This document shows positions 8,803 through 20,856 of a DNA stretch of 64,000 bases, in pieces (within the stretch, counting starts at the first letter, position 1; each line of letters begins with the position of its first letter). The position numbers and the translations under genes were made by a program. Under the pieces are notes generated by a model. The model ran no database searches and was not told the origin of the DNA. It saw only the letters and a list, made by a program, of their open reading frames with translations. The stretch lies in sequence record NC_054916.1; one strand, written 5' to 3'. Source of the DNA: Escherichia phage vB_EcoM-G28.

Positions 8803-8831
8803 TAGTATCACAACTAAAACCCTATGTAAAC
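8803..8831 (-). promoter_or_regulatory. Early-type promoter (-35 GTTTAC, -10 TACTAT) with flanking inverted repeat TAGGGT/ACCCTA
   Basis: Motif and 17-nt spacing read on the minus strand. Confidence 0.5.
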
Positions 8832-8849
8832 AACTTTGTGAAATATTTA

Positions 8850-9140
8850 TTACAAAAGATTTTTAGCAATAATCTTGAGATGTGCCGCAGAAATGTGTTT
8901 AGCTTTAAACAACGCAGTTTCTTCAGCAGGAGAGATAACGATTGTAGCACCATCCTTTTTAGCAGACCACCCATCACCTAGGTAAACAGTACCTTTGATT
9001 TCTTCGCCATCAACCAGACTAATCATTGGTTTACCTTCTCGTCCTTTATTTGCTTTAATAACTTCAGAAGTAAGAGTAGCTTCGGTAATGGTAGAAACCG
9101 GGGTAGTTGTAGTAGAAGTAAATTCTTTAAATGTTTTCAT
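8850..9140 (-). CDS. ipI: Internal protein I (IPI-like), 96 aa
   Basis: Position between tRNA region and 57B; body of the protein matches my recollection of T4 IPI; N-terminus MKTFKEF... is capsid-targeting-like. Confidence 0.75.
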   Translation of the reverse strand: MKTFKEFTSTTTTPVSTITEATLTSEVIKANKGREGKPMISLVDGEEIKGTVYLGDGWSAKKDGATIVISPAEETALFKAKHISAAHLKIIAKNLL

Positions 9141-9170
9141 TTTATTTTCCTAATTAATTTTGATGAGGTA

Positions 9171-9200
9171 ATAGTATCACTACCTCATCAGTATGTAAAC
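9171..9200 (-). promoter_or_regulatory. Early-type promoter for ipI (-35 GTTTAC, -10 TACTAT) embedded in a 10-bp inverted repeat TGATGAGGTA/TACCTCATCA
   Basis: Motif read on the minus strand; perfect inverted repeat at 9161-9190. Confidence 0.5.
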
Positions 9201-9212
9201 AACTTTGTGAAA

Positions 9213-9909
<697 letters not shown>

Positions 9910-9910
<1 letters not shown>

Positions 9911-10635
9911 TATAGTACCTTTAGTGTATTTTTAATTTTAGAAAAAAGTTCTTCAAGAGAACCATCGTTTGTAATTACTAAATCGCCATCACGAATTGGC
10001 AATCCAGCTTCTGTAATATGTGTATCATTGGATTTTTGACCAGGACGAACTACATGAATTACTGTAGCACCCATCGCCCTAGCCGCATCCATTTCATGAT
10101 CTTGACGGGTATCAGGAACGATATAATAATCATAACCTGAGTTAAATTTATCAAGATAATCTAAAGCAAATAATTTTACCCAGTACATGCGGTCGAAGTT
10201 ATTAACAATCAAATCCGTACCTAGGGCTTGCATCAGACGACGGACTGACCATTGATCTTCAATATTATTTATAACGTCAATAATCTTGTTAAATGCTACG
10301 GAATTAACTGATTCTTGTCCTTCGTCATCAAAAACAAACACACCCTTAATTGGGCTTTTACCATTAAGATAGCAAAATGCTTGTTCCATAATCGTGATTA
10401 CTTCTAATTTAGTCAGATTTAAATTAGTCTCACGATCATAGTCAATTCCTTCAAACTCTTTACGAGTTAAGCAAGGATAGTCAGTGTTTGCTGCAAATAC
10501 TCCCCATGCATAAGCCAATGCATCCTTAATAGGACCAGCAAGTTGGTATTTAACTGCAGAATAATTGCTCATGATAAAATCAGCAGTAGTATCTTTTCCA
10601 CTACGCTTTACACCGCTTAAAAAGATTAGTTTCAT
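9910..10635 (-). CDS. 1: dNMP kinase gp1, 241 aa (start at MKLIFLSG with GAGGAG RBS)
   Basis: P-loop GVKRSGKDT; sequence recognised; the ORF-track start 10674 is an upstream alternative. Confidence 0.9.
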
Positions 10636-10684
10636 GTGTTTCTCCTCAAATTTAATTAAGATTATAACACACAAAACTGAAGCA

Positions 10685-11215
10685 TTAAACTTCTGCTATA
10701 ATTTTTCCATCTTTTTCTACTTGAAAATAGGTGTAAGGAATCGTTGCAGTACATACTAAAGCCGGGTCTGAATCTTCTGTGTAGCTAAATTCTACTTCAG
10801 ATAGGTCAGAAACCCAAGGCTTATAAAAATTTATTGACATCACGATTTCAGTTTTGCTATTATCTAAGATGTAAAGCGTAATGTACTCAGGACCTGTTTT
10901 TTGGGCAGTATTTTCACCTGTAAGATAGTTGCTAGTTCCTAGCATCCATTCATACATTCCTATCCACGACTTAAGTTCTTCATCAACTATAAATCTCACG
11001 ATGAGTGGATCGTACTCAAATGTAACTCCTGGACGTTGTGCTCGGCCCAGTCCAAATGGCCCAGTCACGGTATCAGTAACAGGTATTCTAATTCCTGGAA
11101 TAGGAACTGACTGGGCATTTAAAGTAAAAGCAGATGTAGTATTACTATGTGGTATTGATACTACAAAGTTAGTTGTATTTGCTTGGTTAAAAATTTGTTG
11201 CAGAGCTTGCGACAT
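10685..11215 (-). CDS. 3: gp3 tail tube terminator/sheath stabiliser, 176 aa (start MSQALQQ)
   Basis: Sequence and synteny with T4 gene 3; longer ORF to 11296 considered N-terminal read-through. Confidence 0.85.
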   Translation of the reverse strand: MSQALQQIFNQANTTNFVVSIPHSNTTSAFTLNAQSVPIPGIRIPVTDTVTGPFGLGRAQRPGVTFEYDPLIVRFIVDEELKSWIGMYEWMLGTSNYLTGENTAQKTGPEYITLYILDNSKTEIVMSINFYKPWVSDLSEVEFSYTEDSDPALVCTATIPYTYFQVEKDGKIIAEV

Positions 11216-11321
11216 ATATTCCTCATAATGCTTTATAACTGTTGGTGGTATAATGGGTCTAAGTCCCTTCCATTCAATTCCATTTAGAACAAACAACAGA
11301 AAAGAATGGAAGATAATAGAA

Positions 11322-12146
11322 TTAGATATTTGACCAGACTTTGTTTGCAGAGAAACGTTTTCCTTTTGAAACGAACTGCTGAAGTGGCATCAACACAACG
11401 TTCGCCCAGTCTTTCGGGGCGATTTCAACAAGGCTACCCATAATATTACCGGGTATATATGCCTTAATCATTTGGTCTGCACCCCTAAATCCTTTCACTT
11501 GACTCCAATCAATTTTTAATTTCGTTTTATTAGTAATAGTAGGTGTATTTGCATATTGCTTTAAAAGCTCTTCTAGGAATTGCTGACGAGCTTTAGGTGG
11601 AATATAGTGCAAGTTTAATCCGTACATTAAATTATGCTTACCTAAACCAAGGTAAATTATCAAAGGAAATTTATCCCAGTAAGGAAGAGTTTCCTTGTGT
11701 TTAGCATCATAAGCAAAAGCATATATTCGTCCCGGCTGCGGGCGAACAACTTTATGTCCTTTTACTTGCTTAATAGTTTCAGCAAACCACTTTCTGGTTT
11801 TATTATTAATTGCTGCACCTTCATTACGAATTTTATCACGCAATGTTTGTCTGAATGAATTTATCATAAGCAGTTGTCTTTCTTGCTTATTGAGTTTATT
11901 CATTGGTTTTGATTCAAGCTTTTGAATCTTTTCAGCCGTTTTAATTCCTGAAGCATATTTTGACATTGCTGAAGTAAACGTAGAGTATTTGATTCCTCTT
12001 TCTTCAGCAAATTGCTTTCCTGTCATTCCTTTTGCTTTGGCCTTTTTATATTCAAGACCTATCTGAATCCATTTCTTTTCGTTTAATGATTGCTTAACCT
12101 TTGGAACTTGGGGAGTGCTTTCATTAATTATTTGAAAAATAGCCAT
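11322..12146 (-). CDS. 2: gp2 DNA end-protector protein, 274 aa
   Basis: Size and synteny. Confidence 0.85.
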
Positions 12147-12598
12147 TATGCCCCCTTAAAGCCAAGAGCTCGTAATCCATCTTCTGTTAGAATTCTAAAT
12201 TTTATTCCACGCTTTTCAGCTAAAGACTGTGCTGCTTTCCATTTGTCGGTATTAACAGAATATGTATAAATTTCATTCATAAATCTTTTCTTCGCTGCAG
12301 TTGTTAGATGTGCTGGTTTAACTGGTGGTTGTGTTTCTTTTTTAGGTTTTATTTCAATAAAAAATTCTTGTCCAGAAGAATCTTTCATCCAAATATCCAT
12401 GAAGTATCTACGTTTTTTCCCTTCGGCATTACAAAAATAAGGAATTACTGCTGTTTCACTACCCCATGCAATAATTTCTGGATTTTTATCTAACCATTCA
12501 AAAAAGAATTTTTCCCAATTTGATCTATACGTAATTTTTTTAGGGTCACCTCTATACTTTGATATATTTTTAGGAACCCATTTTCCAGAATATGCCAT
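12146..12598 (-). CDS. 4: gp4 head completion protein, 150 aa
   Basis: Size and synteny. Confidence 0.85.
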
Positions 12599-12609
12599 TG
12601 GATTCTCCT

Positions 12610-12617
12610 TATAAATA
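12610..12617 (+). promoter_or_regulatory. Late promoter TATAAATA for gene 53
   Basis: Exact box about 30 nt upstream of the start. Confidence 0.6.
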
Positions 12618-12624
12618 GATAATA

Positions 12625-12632
12625 TATTTATA
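12625..12632 (-). promoter_or_regulatory. Late promoter TATAAATA (minus strand) for gene 4
   Basis: Reverse complement of tatttata, 27 nt upstream of the gene 4 start. Confidence 0.55.
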
Positions 12633-12645
12633 AACAGGAGGGCCC

Positions 12646-13236
12646 ATGCTCTTTACATTTTTTGATCCGATTGAATATGCGGCCAAAACTGTGAATAAAA
12701 ACGCGCCGACTATTCCTATGACAGATATTTTTAGAAACTATAAAGACTATTTTAAACGCGCTCTTGCGGGATACCGCTTACGTACTTATTATATCAAAGG
12801 TTCACCACGCCCAGAAGAATTAGCAAATACTATATATGGAAATCCGCAGTTGTATTGGGTTTTATTGATGTGTAATGATAATTATGATCCGTATTATGGA
12901 TGGATTACTTCACAAGAAGCAGCTTATCAAGCATCTATACAAAAATACAAAAATGTAGGTGGAGACCAAATAGTATATCATGTGAATGAGAACGGTGAAA
13001 AATTTTATAATTTAATATCATACGATGATAATCCATATGTTTGGTATGATAAAGGCGATAAAGCTAGAAAATATCCTCAATATGAAGGAGCACTTGCTGC
13101 GGTCGATACGTATGAAGCTGCTGTTCTTGAAAATGAAAAACTTCGTCAAATAAAAATAATAGCAAAATCAGACATCAATTCATTTATGAACGACCTTATA
13201 CGTATAATGGAGAAATCTTATGGAAATGATAAGTAA
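12646..13236 (+). CDS. 53: gp53 baseplate wedge protein, 196 aa
   Basis: Size and synteny. Confidence 0.9.
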   Translation: MLFTFFDPIEYAAKTVNKNAPTIPMTDIFRNYKDYFKRALAGYRLRTYYIKGSPRPEELANTIYGNPQLYWVLLMCNDNYDPYYGWITSQEAAYQASIQKYKNVGGDQIVYHVNENGEKFYNLISYDDNPYVWYDKGDKARKYPQYEGALAAVDTYEAAVLENEKLRQIKIIAKSDINSFMNDLIRIMEKSYGNDK

Positions 13237-14947
13237 TAACCTTAATTGGTTTGTCGGTGTTGTTGAAGATAGAATGGACCCATTAAAATTAGGTCGTGTT
13301 CGTGTTCGTGTGGTTGGTCTGCATCCACCTCAAAGAGCGCAAGGTGATGTAATGGGTATTCCAACTGAAAAATTACCATGGATGTCAGTTATTCAACCTA
13401 TAACTTCTGCAGCGATGTCAGGAATTGGAGGTTCTGTTACAGGACCAGTAGAAGGAACTAGAGTTTATGGTCATTTTTTAGACAAATGGAAAACTAACGG
13501 AATTGTCCTTGGCACGTATGGTGGAATAGTTCGCGAAAAACCGAATAGACTTGAAGGATTTTCTGACCCAACTGGGCAATATCCTAGACGTTTAGGAAAT
13601 GATACTAACGTATTAAACCAAGGCGGAGAAGTAGGATATGATTCCTCTTCTAACGTTATTCAAGATAGTAACTTAGACACTGCAATAAATCCCGATGATA
13701 GACCACTATCAGAGATTCCAACCGATGATAATCCAAATATGTCAATGGCTGAAATGCTTCGCCGTGATGAAGGATTAAGACTAAAAGTTTATTGGGATAC
13801 CGAAGGATATCCGACAATTGGTATTGGTCATCTTATCATGAAGCAGCCAGTTCGTGATATGGCTCAAATTAATAAAGTTTTATCAAAACAAGTTGGTCGT
13901 GAAATTACTGGAAACCCAGGTTCTATTACAATGGAAGAGGCGACGACTTTATTTGAGCGTGATTTGGCTGATATGCAACGGGACATTAAATCACATTCTA
14001 AAGTAGGACCAGTCTGGCAAGCTGTCAACCGTTCTCGTCAAATGGCATTAGAAAATATGGCATTTCAAATGGGTGTTGGCGGTGTAGCTAAATTTAACAC
14101 AATGTTAACTGCTATGTTAGCCGGAGATTGGGAAAAAGCATATAAAGCCGGTCGTGATTCATTGTGGTATCAACAAACAAAAGGCCGTGCATCCCGTGTT
14201 ACCATGATTATTCTTACGGGGAATTTGGAATCATATGGTGTTGAAGTGAAAACCCCAGCTAGGTCTCTATCAGCAATGGCTGCTACTGTAGCTAAATCTT
14301 CTGACCCTGCTGACCCTCCTATTCCAAATGACTCGAGAATTTTATTCAAAGAACCAGTTTCTTCATATAAAGGTGAATATCCTTATGTGCATACAATGGA
14401 AACTGAAAGCGGACATATTCAGGAATTTGATGATACCCCTGGGCAAGAACGATATAGATTAGTTCATCCAACTGGAACTTATGAAGAAGTATCACCGTCA
14501 GGAAGAAGAACAAGAAAAACTGTTGATAATTTGTATGATATAACAAATGCTGATGGTAATTTTTTGGTAGCCGGTGATAAAAAGACTAACGTCGGTGGAT
14601 CAGAAATTTATTACAACATGGATAATCGTCTTCACCAGATAGATGGAAGTAATACAATATTTGTACGTGGCGATGAAACTAAGACAGTTGAAGGTAATGG
14701 AACTATCTTAGTTAAAGGTAATGTTACTATTATAGTTGAAGGTAATGCTGACATTACAGTTAAAGGAGATGCTACCACTTTAGTTGAAGGAAATCAAACC
14801 AATACAGTAAATGGAAATCTTTCTTGGAAAGTTGCCGGGACAGTTGATTGGGACGTTGGTGGTGATTGGACAGAAAAAATGGCATCTATGAGTTCTATTT
14901 CATCTGGTCAATACACAATTGATGGATCGAGGATTGACATTGGCTAA
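13220..14947 (+). CDS. 5: gp5 baseplate hub / cell-puncturing device with lysozyme domain, 575 aa
   Basis: Internal lysozyme domain paralogous to e (RRDEGLRLKVYWDTEGYPTIGIGHL); C-terminal VxGxxxxx beta-helix repeats. Confidence 0.95.
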   Translation: MEMISNNLNWFVGVVEDRMDPLKLGRVRVRVVGLHPPQRAQGDVMGIPTEKLPWMSVIQPITSAAMSGIGGSVTGPVEGTRVYGHFLDKWKTNGIVLGTYGGIVREKPNRLEGFSDPTGQYPRRLGNDTNVLNQGGEVGYDSSSNVIQDSNLDTAINPDDRPLSEIPTDDNPNMSMAEMLRRDEGLRLKVYWDTEGYPTIGIGHLIMKQPVRDMAQINKVLSKQVGREITGNPGSITMEEATTLFERDLADMQRDIKSHSKVGPVWQAVNRSRQMALENMAFQMGVGGVAKFNTMLTAMLAGDWEKAYKAGRDSLWYQQTKGRASRVTMIILTGNLESYGVEVKTPARSLSAMAATVAKSSDPADPPIPNDSRILFKEPVSSYKGEYPYVHTMETESGHIQEFDDTPGQERYRLVHPTGTYEEVSPSGRRTRKTVDNLYDITNADGNFLVAGDKKTNVGGSEIYYNMDNRLHQIDGSNTIFVRGDETKTVEGNGTILVKGNVTIIVEGNADITVKGDATTLVEGNQTNTVNGNLSWKVAGTVDWDVGGDWTEKMASMSSISSGQYTIDGSRIDIG

Positions 14948-15476
14948 TATATTTCCAATGAGCGCTGATTTAGGAGAATCCATGGAAGGTTCTTCTATCG
15001 ACGTCACCTTTACCGCTCAATTAGAAACAGGTGAAACGTTAGTATCTATAAATATAACTAGTTATGAAGAAACTCCTGGGGTTTTAGTAGAAGAAAATCG
15101 CTTATATGGAACATATGAATCTGTATTTGGATTTGGAAATGACGCATTGAAATATCGTTTAGGCGATGAATTTAAAACTGCTGCTTCATGGGAAGAACTT
15201 CCTACTGATTCTGATACTCAGTTGTATTTGTGGAAAGCTCCTCAAAACCTCCAGAAGACATTCACTTACGAAGTAACATTAATATATGACTACCAAGAAC
15301 AAAGTGAATCTGGAGGTTCTGGCAGTAATTCTAGGTCATCTTCTGATACTACTGAACCGACAGATCCTCCTGCTCCAGTAAGAAAAACACTTGTTAAAAA
15401 TTATACTAAAACTATAGTTGGAAATTGGAGTCGTTGGGCTAATAAACTGAGAAGCTATGTATATGAGAGGCCATAA
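14922..15476 (+). CDS. 5.1: gp5.1-like hypothetical protein (start uncertain; 14958 is an alternative)
   Basis: ORF between 5 and 5.4. Confidence 0.55.
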   Translation: MDRGLTLANIFPMSADLGESMEGSSIDVTFTAQLETGETLVSINITSYEETPGVLVEENRLYGTYESVFGFGNDALKYRLGDEFKTAASWEELPTDSDTQLYLWKAPQNLQKTFTYEVTLIYDYQEQSESGGSGSNSRSSSDTTEPTDPPAPVRKTLVKNYTKTIVGNWSRWANKLRSYVYERP

Positions 15477-15770
15477 ATGTCAGGATTAAGTTATGATAAG
15501 TGTGTTACTGCTGGCCATGAAGCGTGGCCTCCAACAATTGTGAATGCTACACAAAGTAAAGTATTCACTGGAGGAATTGCTGTTCTCGTAGCAGGCGATC
15601 CAATTACAGAACATACAGAAATTAAAAAGCCGTATGAAACACATGGCGGAGTGACACAACCCAGAACTTCTAAAGTATATGTCACTGGAAAGAAAGCTGT
15701 TCAAATGGCTGATCCAATATCATGCGGTGATACTGTGGCTCAGGCATCATCTAAAGTATTCATTAAATAG
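15477..15770 (+). CDS. 5.4: gp5.4 PAAR-repeat spike-tip protein, 97 aa
   Basis: Size and position after gene 5; small Gly/Pro-rich protein. Confidence 0.8.
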   Translation: MSGLSYDKCVTAGHEAWPPTIVNATQSKVFTGGIAVLVAGDPITEHTEIKKPYETHGGVTQPRTSKVYVTGKKAVQMADPISCGDTVAQASSKVFIK

Positions 15771-15778
15771 GATTTAAA

Positions 15779-17761
15779 ATGGCAAATACCCCTGTAAATT
15801 ATCAATTAACAAGAACAGCAAATGCTATTCCCGAGATATTCGTCGGGGGTACGTTTGCTGAAATAAAACAAAACCTCATTGAATGGCTTAATGGCCAAAA
15901 TGAATTTTTGGATTATGATTTTGAAGGCTCAAGATTAAACGTTCTGTGCGACCTTTTAGCTTATAATACATTGTACATTCAGCAGTTTGGTAATGCTGCT
16001 GTGTATGAAAGCTTTATGCGTACTGCTAACTTACGAAGTTCAGTTGTTCAGGCTGCACAAGATAATGGATATTTACCTACTTCAAAATCCGCTGCACAGA
16101 CCGAAATTATGTTAACATGCACTGACGCATTGAATAGGAATTACATTACAATTCCTCGCGGAACTCGCTTTTTAGCATATGCAAAAGATACTTCTGTTAA
16201 TCCATATAACTTCGTTTCTACCGAAGACGTTATTGCTATTCGTGATAAAAATAACCAATATTTTCCGCGTTTAAAATTGGCCCAGGGACGTATAGTAAGA
16301 ACTGAAATCATTTATGATAAATTAACACCTATTATCATTTATGATAAAAATATTGATAGAAACCAGGTTAAATTATATGTTGATGGAGCGGAATGGATTA
16401 ACTGGACGAGAAAGTCAATGGTTCATGCTGGTTCAACATCAACGATTTATTATATGCGTGAAACTATTGATGGAAACACTGAATTCTATTTTGGTGAAGG
16501 TGAAATTTCTGTTAATGCTTCTGAAGGAGCTTTGACCGCTAATTATATCGGAGGTCTTAAACCTACTCAGAACTCTACGATTGTTATTGAGTACATCAGT
16601 ACTAATGGTGCTGACGCGAACGGAGCAGTCGGATTTTCATACGCAGATACATTAACAAATATAACTGTCATCAATATTAATGAAAATCCAAACGATGACC
16701 CAGATTTTGTTGGGGCAGATGGCGGCGGTGATCCAGAAGATATTGAGCGTATTCGCGAATTGGGTACTATTAAACGCGAAACCCAACAACGATGCGTAAC
16801 TGCGACTGACTACGATACATTCGTTTCAGAGAGATTTGGTTCTATTATTCAAGCTGTTCAGACTTTCACTGATTCTACTAAACCTGGGTATGCATTTATT
16901 GCTGCTAAACCTAAATCAGGATTGTATTTAACTACTGTGCAACGTGAAGATATTAAAAATTATCTCAAAGACTATAATTTAGCTCCTATTACGCCATCAA
17001 TTATTTCTCCTAATTATCTTTTTATTAAGACTAATTTAAAAGTCACATATGCTTTAAATAAACTGCAAGAATCCGAGCAGTGGCTTGAAGGTCAAATAAT
17101 TGATAAAATTGATCGCTATTATACCGAAGATGTAGAAATTTTTAACTCGTCTTTTGCCAAGTCTAAGATGTTGACATATGTAGATGATGCAGATCATTCT
17201 ATCATTGGTTCATCAGCGACAATTCAAATTGTTCGTGAAGTACAAAACTTCTATAAAACGCCTGAAGCAGGTATTAAATACAATAATCAAATAAAAGATC
17301 GTTCTATGGAATCTAATACGTTTTCATTTAATTCTGGACGAAAGGTTGTAAATCCTGATACTGGTTTAGAAGAAGATGTATTATACGATGTTCGTATAGT
17401 ATCAACAGACCGAGATTCTAAAGGAATTGGTAAAGTTATTATTGGTCCATTTGCTTCTGGCGATGTTACAGAAAATGAAAACATTCAGCCGTATACAGGC
17501 AACGATTTTAACAAATTAGCAAATTCTGATGGACGCGACAAATACTATGTTATTGGTGAAATAAATTATCCAGCTGACATGATTTATTGGAATATCGCTA
17601 AAATTAATTTAACATCTGAAAAATTTGAAGTTCAGACTATTGAATTATATTCTGACCCAACCGATGATGTTATCTTTACTCGCGATGGTTCACTGATTGT
17701 ATTTGAAAATGACTTACGTCCACAATACTTAACTATCGATTTGGAGCCTATATCACAATGA
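15779..17761 (+). CDS. 6: gp6 baseplate wedge, 660 aa
   Basis: Size and synteny. Confidence 0.9.
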   Translation: MANTPVNYQLTRTANAIPEIFVGGTFAEIKQNLIEWLNGQNEFLDYDFEGSRLNVLCDLLAYNTLYIQQFGNAAVYESFMRTANLRSSVVQAAQDNGYLPTSKSAAQTEIMLTCTDALNRNYITIPRGTRFLAYAKDTSVNPYNFVSTEDVIAIRDKNNQYFPRLKLAQGRIVRTEIIYDKLTPIIIYDKNIDRNQVKLYVDGAEWINWTRKSMVHAGSTSTIYYMRETIDGNTEFYFGEGEISVNASEGALTANYIGGLKPTQNSTIVIEYISTNGADANGAVGFSYADTLTNITVININENPNDDPDFVGADGGGDPEDIERIRELGTIKRETQQRCVTATDYDTFVSERFGSIIQAVQTFTDSTKPGYAFIAAKPKSGLYLTTVQREDIKNYLKDYNLAPITPSIISPNYLFIKTNLKVTYALNKLQESEQWLEGQIIDKIDRYYTEDVEIFNSSFAKSKMLTYVDDADHSIIGSSATIQIVREVQNFYKTPEAGIKYNNQIKDRSMESNTFSFNSGRKVVNPDTGLEEDVLYDVRIVSTDRDSKGIGKVIIGPFASGDVTENENIQPYTGNDFNKLANSDGRDKYYVIGEINYPADMIYWNIAKINLTSEKFEVQTIELYSDPTDDVIFTRDGSLIVFENDLRPQYLTIDLEPISQ

Positions 17762-20700
17762 CAGTAAAAGCACCTTCAGTCACTAGTCTCAGAATTTCCA
17801 AGTTATCCGCAAATCAGGTGCAAGTACGCTGGGATGACGTTGGTGCTAATTTCTACTATTTTGTAGAAATCGCTGAGACAAAAACAGACTCGGGGGAAAA
17901 TCTCCCGAGTAATCAATACCGATGGATTAATTTAGGATATACAGCAAATAATAGTTTCTTTTTTGATGATGCTGATCCACTAACATCATACATCATTAGA
18001 GTAGCTACGGCGGCGCAAGATTTTGAGCAATCTGATTGGGTTTATACAGAAGAGTTTGAAACTTTTGCTACGAATGCTTATACATTTCAAAACATGATTG
18101 AAATGCAATTAGCCAATAAATTCATTCAGGAAAAATTTACTCTTAATAATTCTGATTATGTTAATTTTAATAATGATACTATAATGGCTGCATTGATGAA
18201 TGAATCGTTCCAATTCAGCCCATCATATGTTGATGTTTCATCAATCAGTAATTTTATTATTGGTGAAAATGAATATCATGAAATACAAGGTTCCATTCAG
18301 CAAGTATGTAAGGATATTAACCGAGTTTATTTGATGGAATCAGAAGGGATTCTATATCTTTTTGAGCGCTATCAACCCGTAGTTAAAGTATCTAATGATA
18401 AAGGACAAACCTGGAAAGCTGTAAAGCTCTTCAATGACCGTGTAGGATATCCTTTATCTAAGACAGTATATTACCAATCTGCAAACACGACATACGTTCT
18501 AGGATACGACAAGATTTTCTACGGCCGCAAATCTACTGATGTTAGATGGTCAGCTGATGATGTCAGATTTAGTTCACAGGATATAACATTTGCTAAATTA
18601 GGAGACCAACTTCATTTAGGATTTGATGTAGAAATTTTTGCCACTTACGCGACTTTGCCAGCTAATGTATACCGCATTGCAGAAGCTATTACTTGCACCG
18701 ATGATTACATTTACGTTGTCGCCAGAGACAAAGTTAGATACATAAAAACGAGTAATGCACCTATAGATTCTGATCCATTATCTCCAACATATTCGGAAAG
18801 ACTTTTTGAACCTGATACAATGACTATAACTGGAAATCCTAAAGCAGTATGCTATAAAATGGATTCTATCGGTGATAAAGTTTTTGCTCTTATTATTGGA
18901 GAAGTTGAAACATTAAATGCCAATCCGAGAACATCAAAAATAATTGATTCTGTTGATAAAGGAATATATGTTTTAAATCATGATGAAAAAACATGGAAAA
19001 GAGTTTTCGGTAATACCGAAGAAGAAAGAAGACGTATTCAACCCGGATATGCGAATATGTCAACTGACGGTAAATTAGTTTCTCTGTCTTCGAGTAATTT
19101 TAAATTTTTAAGTGATAATGTTGTTAATGACCCTGAAACTGCAGCAAAATATCAGTTAATTGGCGCTGTTAAATATGAATTTCCTCGTGAATGGTTAGCT
19201 GATAAGCATTATCATATGATGGCATTTATAGCGGATGAAACATCTGATTGGGAGACTTTTACTCCTCAACCAATGAAATACTACGCAGAACCGTTCTTTA
19301 ACTGGTCTAAAAAATCTAACACACGTTGTTGGATAAACAACTCTGATAGAGCTGTAGTAGTTTATGCTGATTTAAAATACACTAAAGTTATAGAAAATAT
19401 TCCGGAAACATCACCAGATAGATTAGTTCATGAATACTGGGATGATGGTGATTGCACTATAGTAATGCCAAATGTTAAATTCACTGGATTTAAAAAATAT
19501 GCGTCTGGGATGCTTTTCTATAAAGCCTCCGGTGAAATAATTTCTTACTATGATTTTAACTATCGTGTGAGAGATACAGTAGAAATTATTTGGAAGCCAA
19601 CTGAAGTATTTTTAAAAGCATTTTTACAAAACCAAGAGCACGAGACTCCTTGGTCACCAGAAGAAGAGCGTGGATTAGCTGACCCCGATTTAAGACCATT
19701 AATTGGCACAATGATGCCTGATTCTTATTTGTTACAGGATTCGAATTTTGAAGCATTTTGCGAAGCATATATTCAATATCTTTCTGACGGATACGGAACT
19801 CAGTATAACAATTTACGAAATTTAATTCGTAACCAATATCCACGAGAAGAGCATGCATGGGAATATTTGTGGTCAGAGATATATAAAAGAAACATTTATT
19901 TAAATGCTGATAAACGTGATGCTGTTGCGAGATTCTTTGAATCGCGTAGCTATGATTTTTATTCTACTAAAGGAATTGAAGCATCATACAAGTTTCTTTT
20001 TAAAGTTCTTTATAATGAAGAAGTTGAAATTGAAATTGAATCTGGGGCTGGTACTGAATATGATATAATCGTTCAATCTGATTCTTTGACTGAAGATTTA
20101 GTAGGACAAACGATTTATACGGCAACAGGAAGATGTAATGTTACTTATATAGAAAGAAGCTATTCTAATGGTAAATTGCAATGGACCGTAACTATTCATA
20201 ATCTTTTGGGACGATTAATTGCTGGTCAAGAAGTTAAAGCAGAAAGACTCCCTAGTTTTGAAGGCGAAATTATTCGTGGAGTTAAAGGAAAGGATTTGCT
20301 TCAAAACAATATAGACTATATTAATAGAAGTAGATCATACTATGTAATGAAAATTAAATCCAATTTACCTTCTTCCCGTTGGAAATCTGACGTTATTCGT
20401 TTTGTTCATCCAGTAGGATTTGGATTTATAGCAATTACCCTTTTAACGATGTTTATTAATGTTGGTTTAACTCTTAAACATACAGAGACTATAATTAATA
20501 AATACAAAAACTATAAATGGGATTCTGGATTGCCTACTGAATATGCTGATAGAGTAGCTAAATTAACTCCAACCGGTGAAATTGAACATGATTCAGTAAC
20601 AGGCGAAGCAATTTATGAGCCTGGCCCAATGGCTGGTGTAGAATATCCTCTTCCTGATGACTATAATGCTGAAAATAATAATTCAATATTTCAAGGTCAA

Positions 20701-20856
20701 TTGCCGTCTGAACGACGTAAATTAATGAGTCCTTTATTTGATGCATCTGGAACAACATTTGCGCAATTTAGAGATTTAGTTAATAAACGTCTAAAAGATA
20801 ATATAGGAAATCCAAGAGACCCTGAAAATCCAACACAGGTTAAAATAGATGAATGA
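17758..20856 (+). CDS. 7: gp7 baseplate wedge, 1032 aa
   Basis: Size and synteny. Confidence 0.9.
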   Translation: MTVKAPSVTSLRISKLSANQVQVRWDDVGANFYYFVEIAETKTDSGENLPSNQYRWINLGYTANNSFFFDDADPLTSYIIRVATAAQDFEQSDWVYTEEFETFATNAYTFQNMIEMQLANKFIQEKFTLNNSDYVNFNNDTIMAALMNESFQFSPSYVDVSSISNFIIGENEYHEIQGSIQQVCKDINRVYLMESEGILYLFERYQPVVKVSNDKGQTWKAVKLFNDRVGYPLSKTVYYQSANTTYVLGYDKIFYGRKSTDVRWSADDVRFSSQDITFAKLGDQLHLGFDVEIFATYATLPANVYRIAEAITCTDDYIYVVARDKVRYIKTSNAPIDSDPLSPTYSERLFEPDTMTITGNPKAVCYKMDSIGDKVFALIIGEVETLNANPRTSKIIDSVDKGIYVLNHDEKTWKRVFGNTEEERRRIQPGYANMSTDGKLVSLSSSNFKFLSDNVVNDPETAAKYQLIGAVKYEFPREWLADKHYHMMAFIADETSDWETFTPQPMKYYAEPFFNWSKKSNTRCWINNSDRAVVVYADLKYTKVIENIPETSPDRLVHEYWDDGDCTIVMPNVKFTGFKKYASGMLFYKASGEIISYYDFNYRVRDTVEIIWKPTEVFLKAFLQNQEHETPWSPEEERGLADPDLRPLIGTMMPDSYLLQDSNFEAFCEAYIQYLSDGYGTQYNNLRNLIRNQYPREEHAWEYLWSEIYKRNIYLNADKRDAVARFFESRSYDFYSTKGIEASYKFLFKVLYNEEVEIEIESGAGTEYDIIVQSDSLTEDLVGQTIYTATGRCNVTYIERSYSNGKLQWTVTIHNLLGRLIAGQEVKAERLPSFEGEIIRGVKGKDLLQNNIDYINRSRSYYVMKIKSNLPSSRWKSDVIRFVHPVGFGFIAITLLTMFINVGLTLKHTETIINKYKNYKWDSGLPTEYADRVAKLTPTGEIEHDSVTGEAIYEPGPMAGVEYPLPDDYNAENNNSIFQGQLPSERRKLMSPLFDASGTTFAQFRDLVNKRLKDNIGNPRDPENPTQVKIDE

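Noticed and set aside
9161-9190. Perfect 10-bp inverted repeat TGATGAGGTA...TACCTCATCA as a possible intrinsic terminator
   Set aside because: No T-run follows on either strand and it encloses the -10 of the ipI early promoter; more likely an operator or UTR structure, so recorded under the promoter finding instead.
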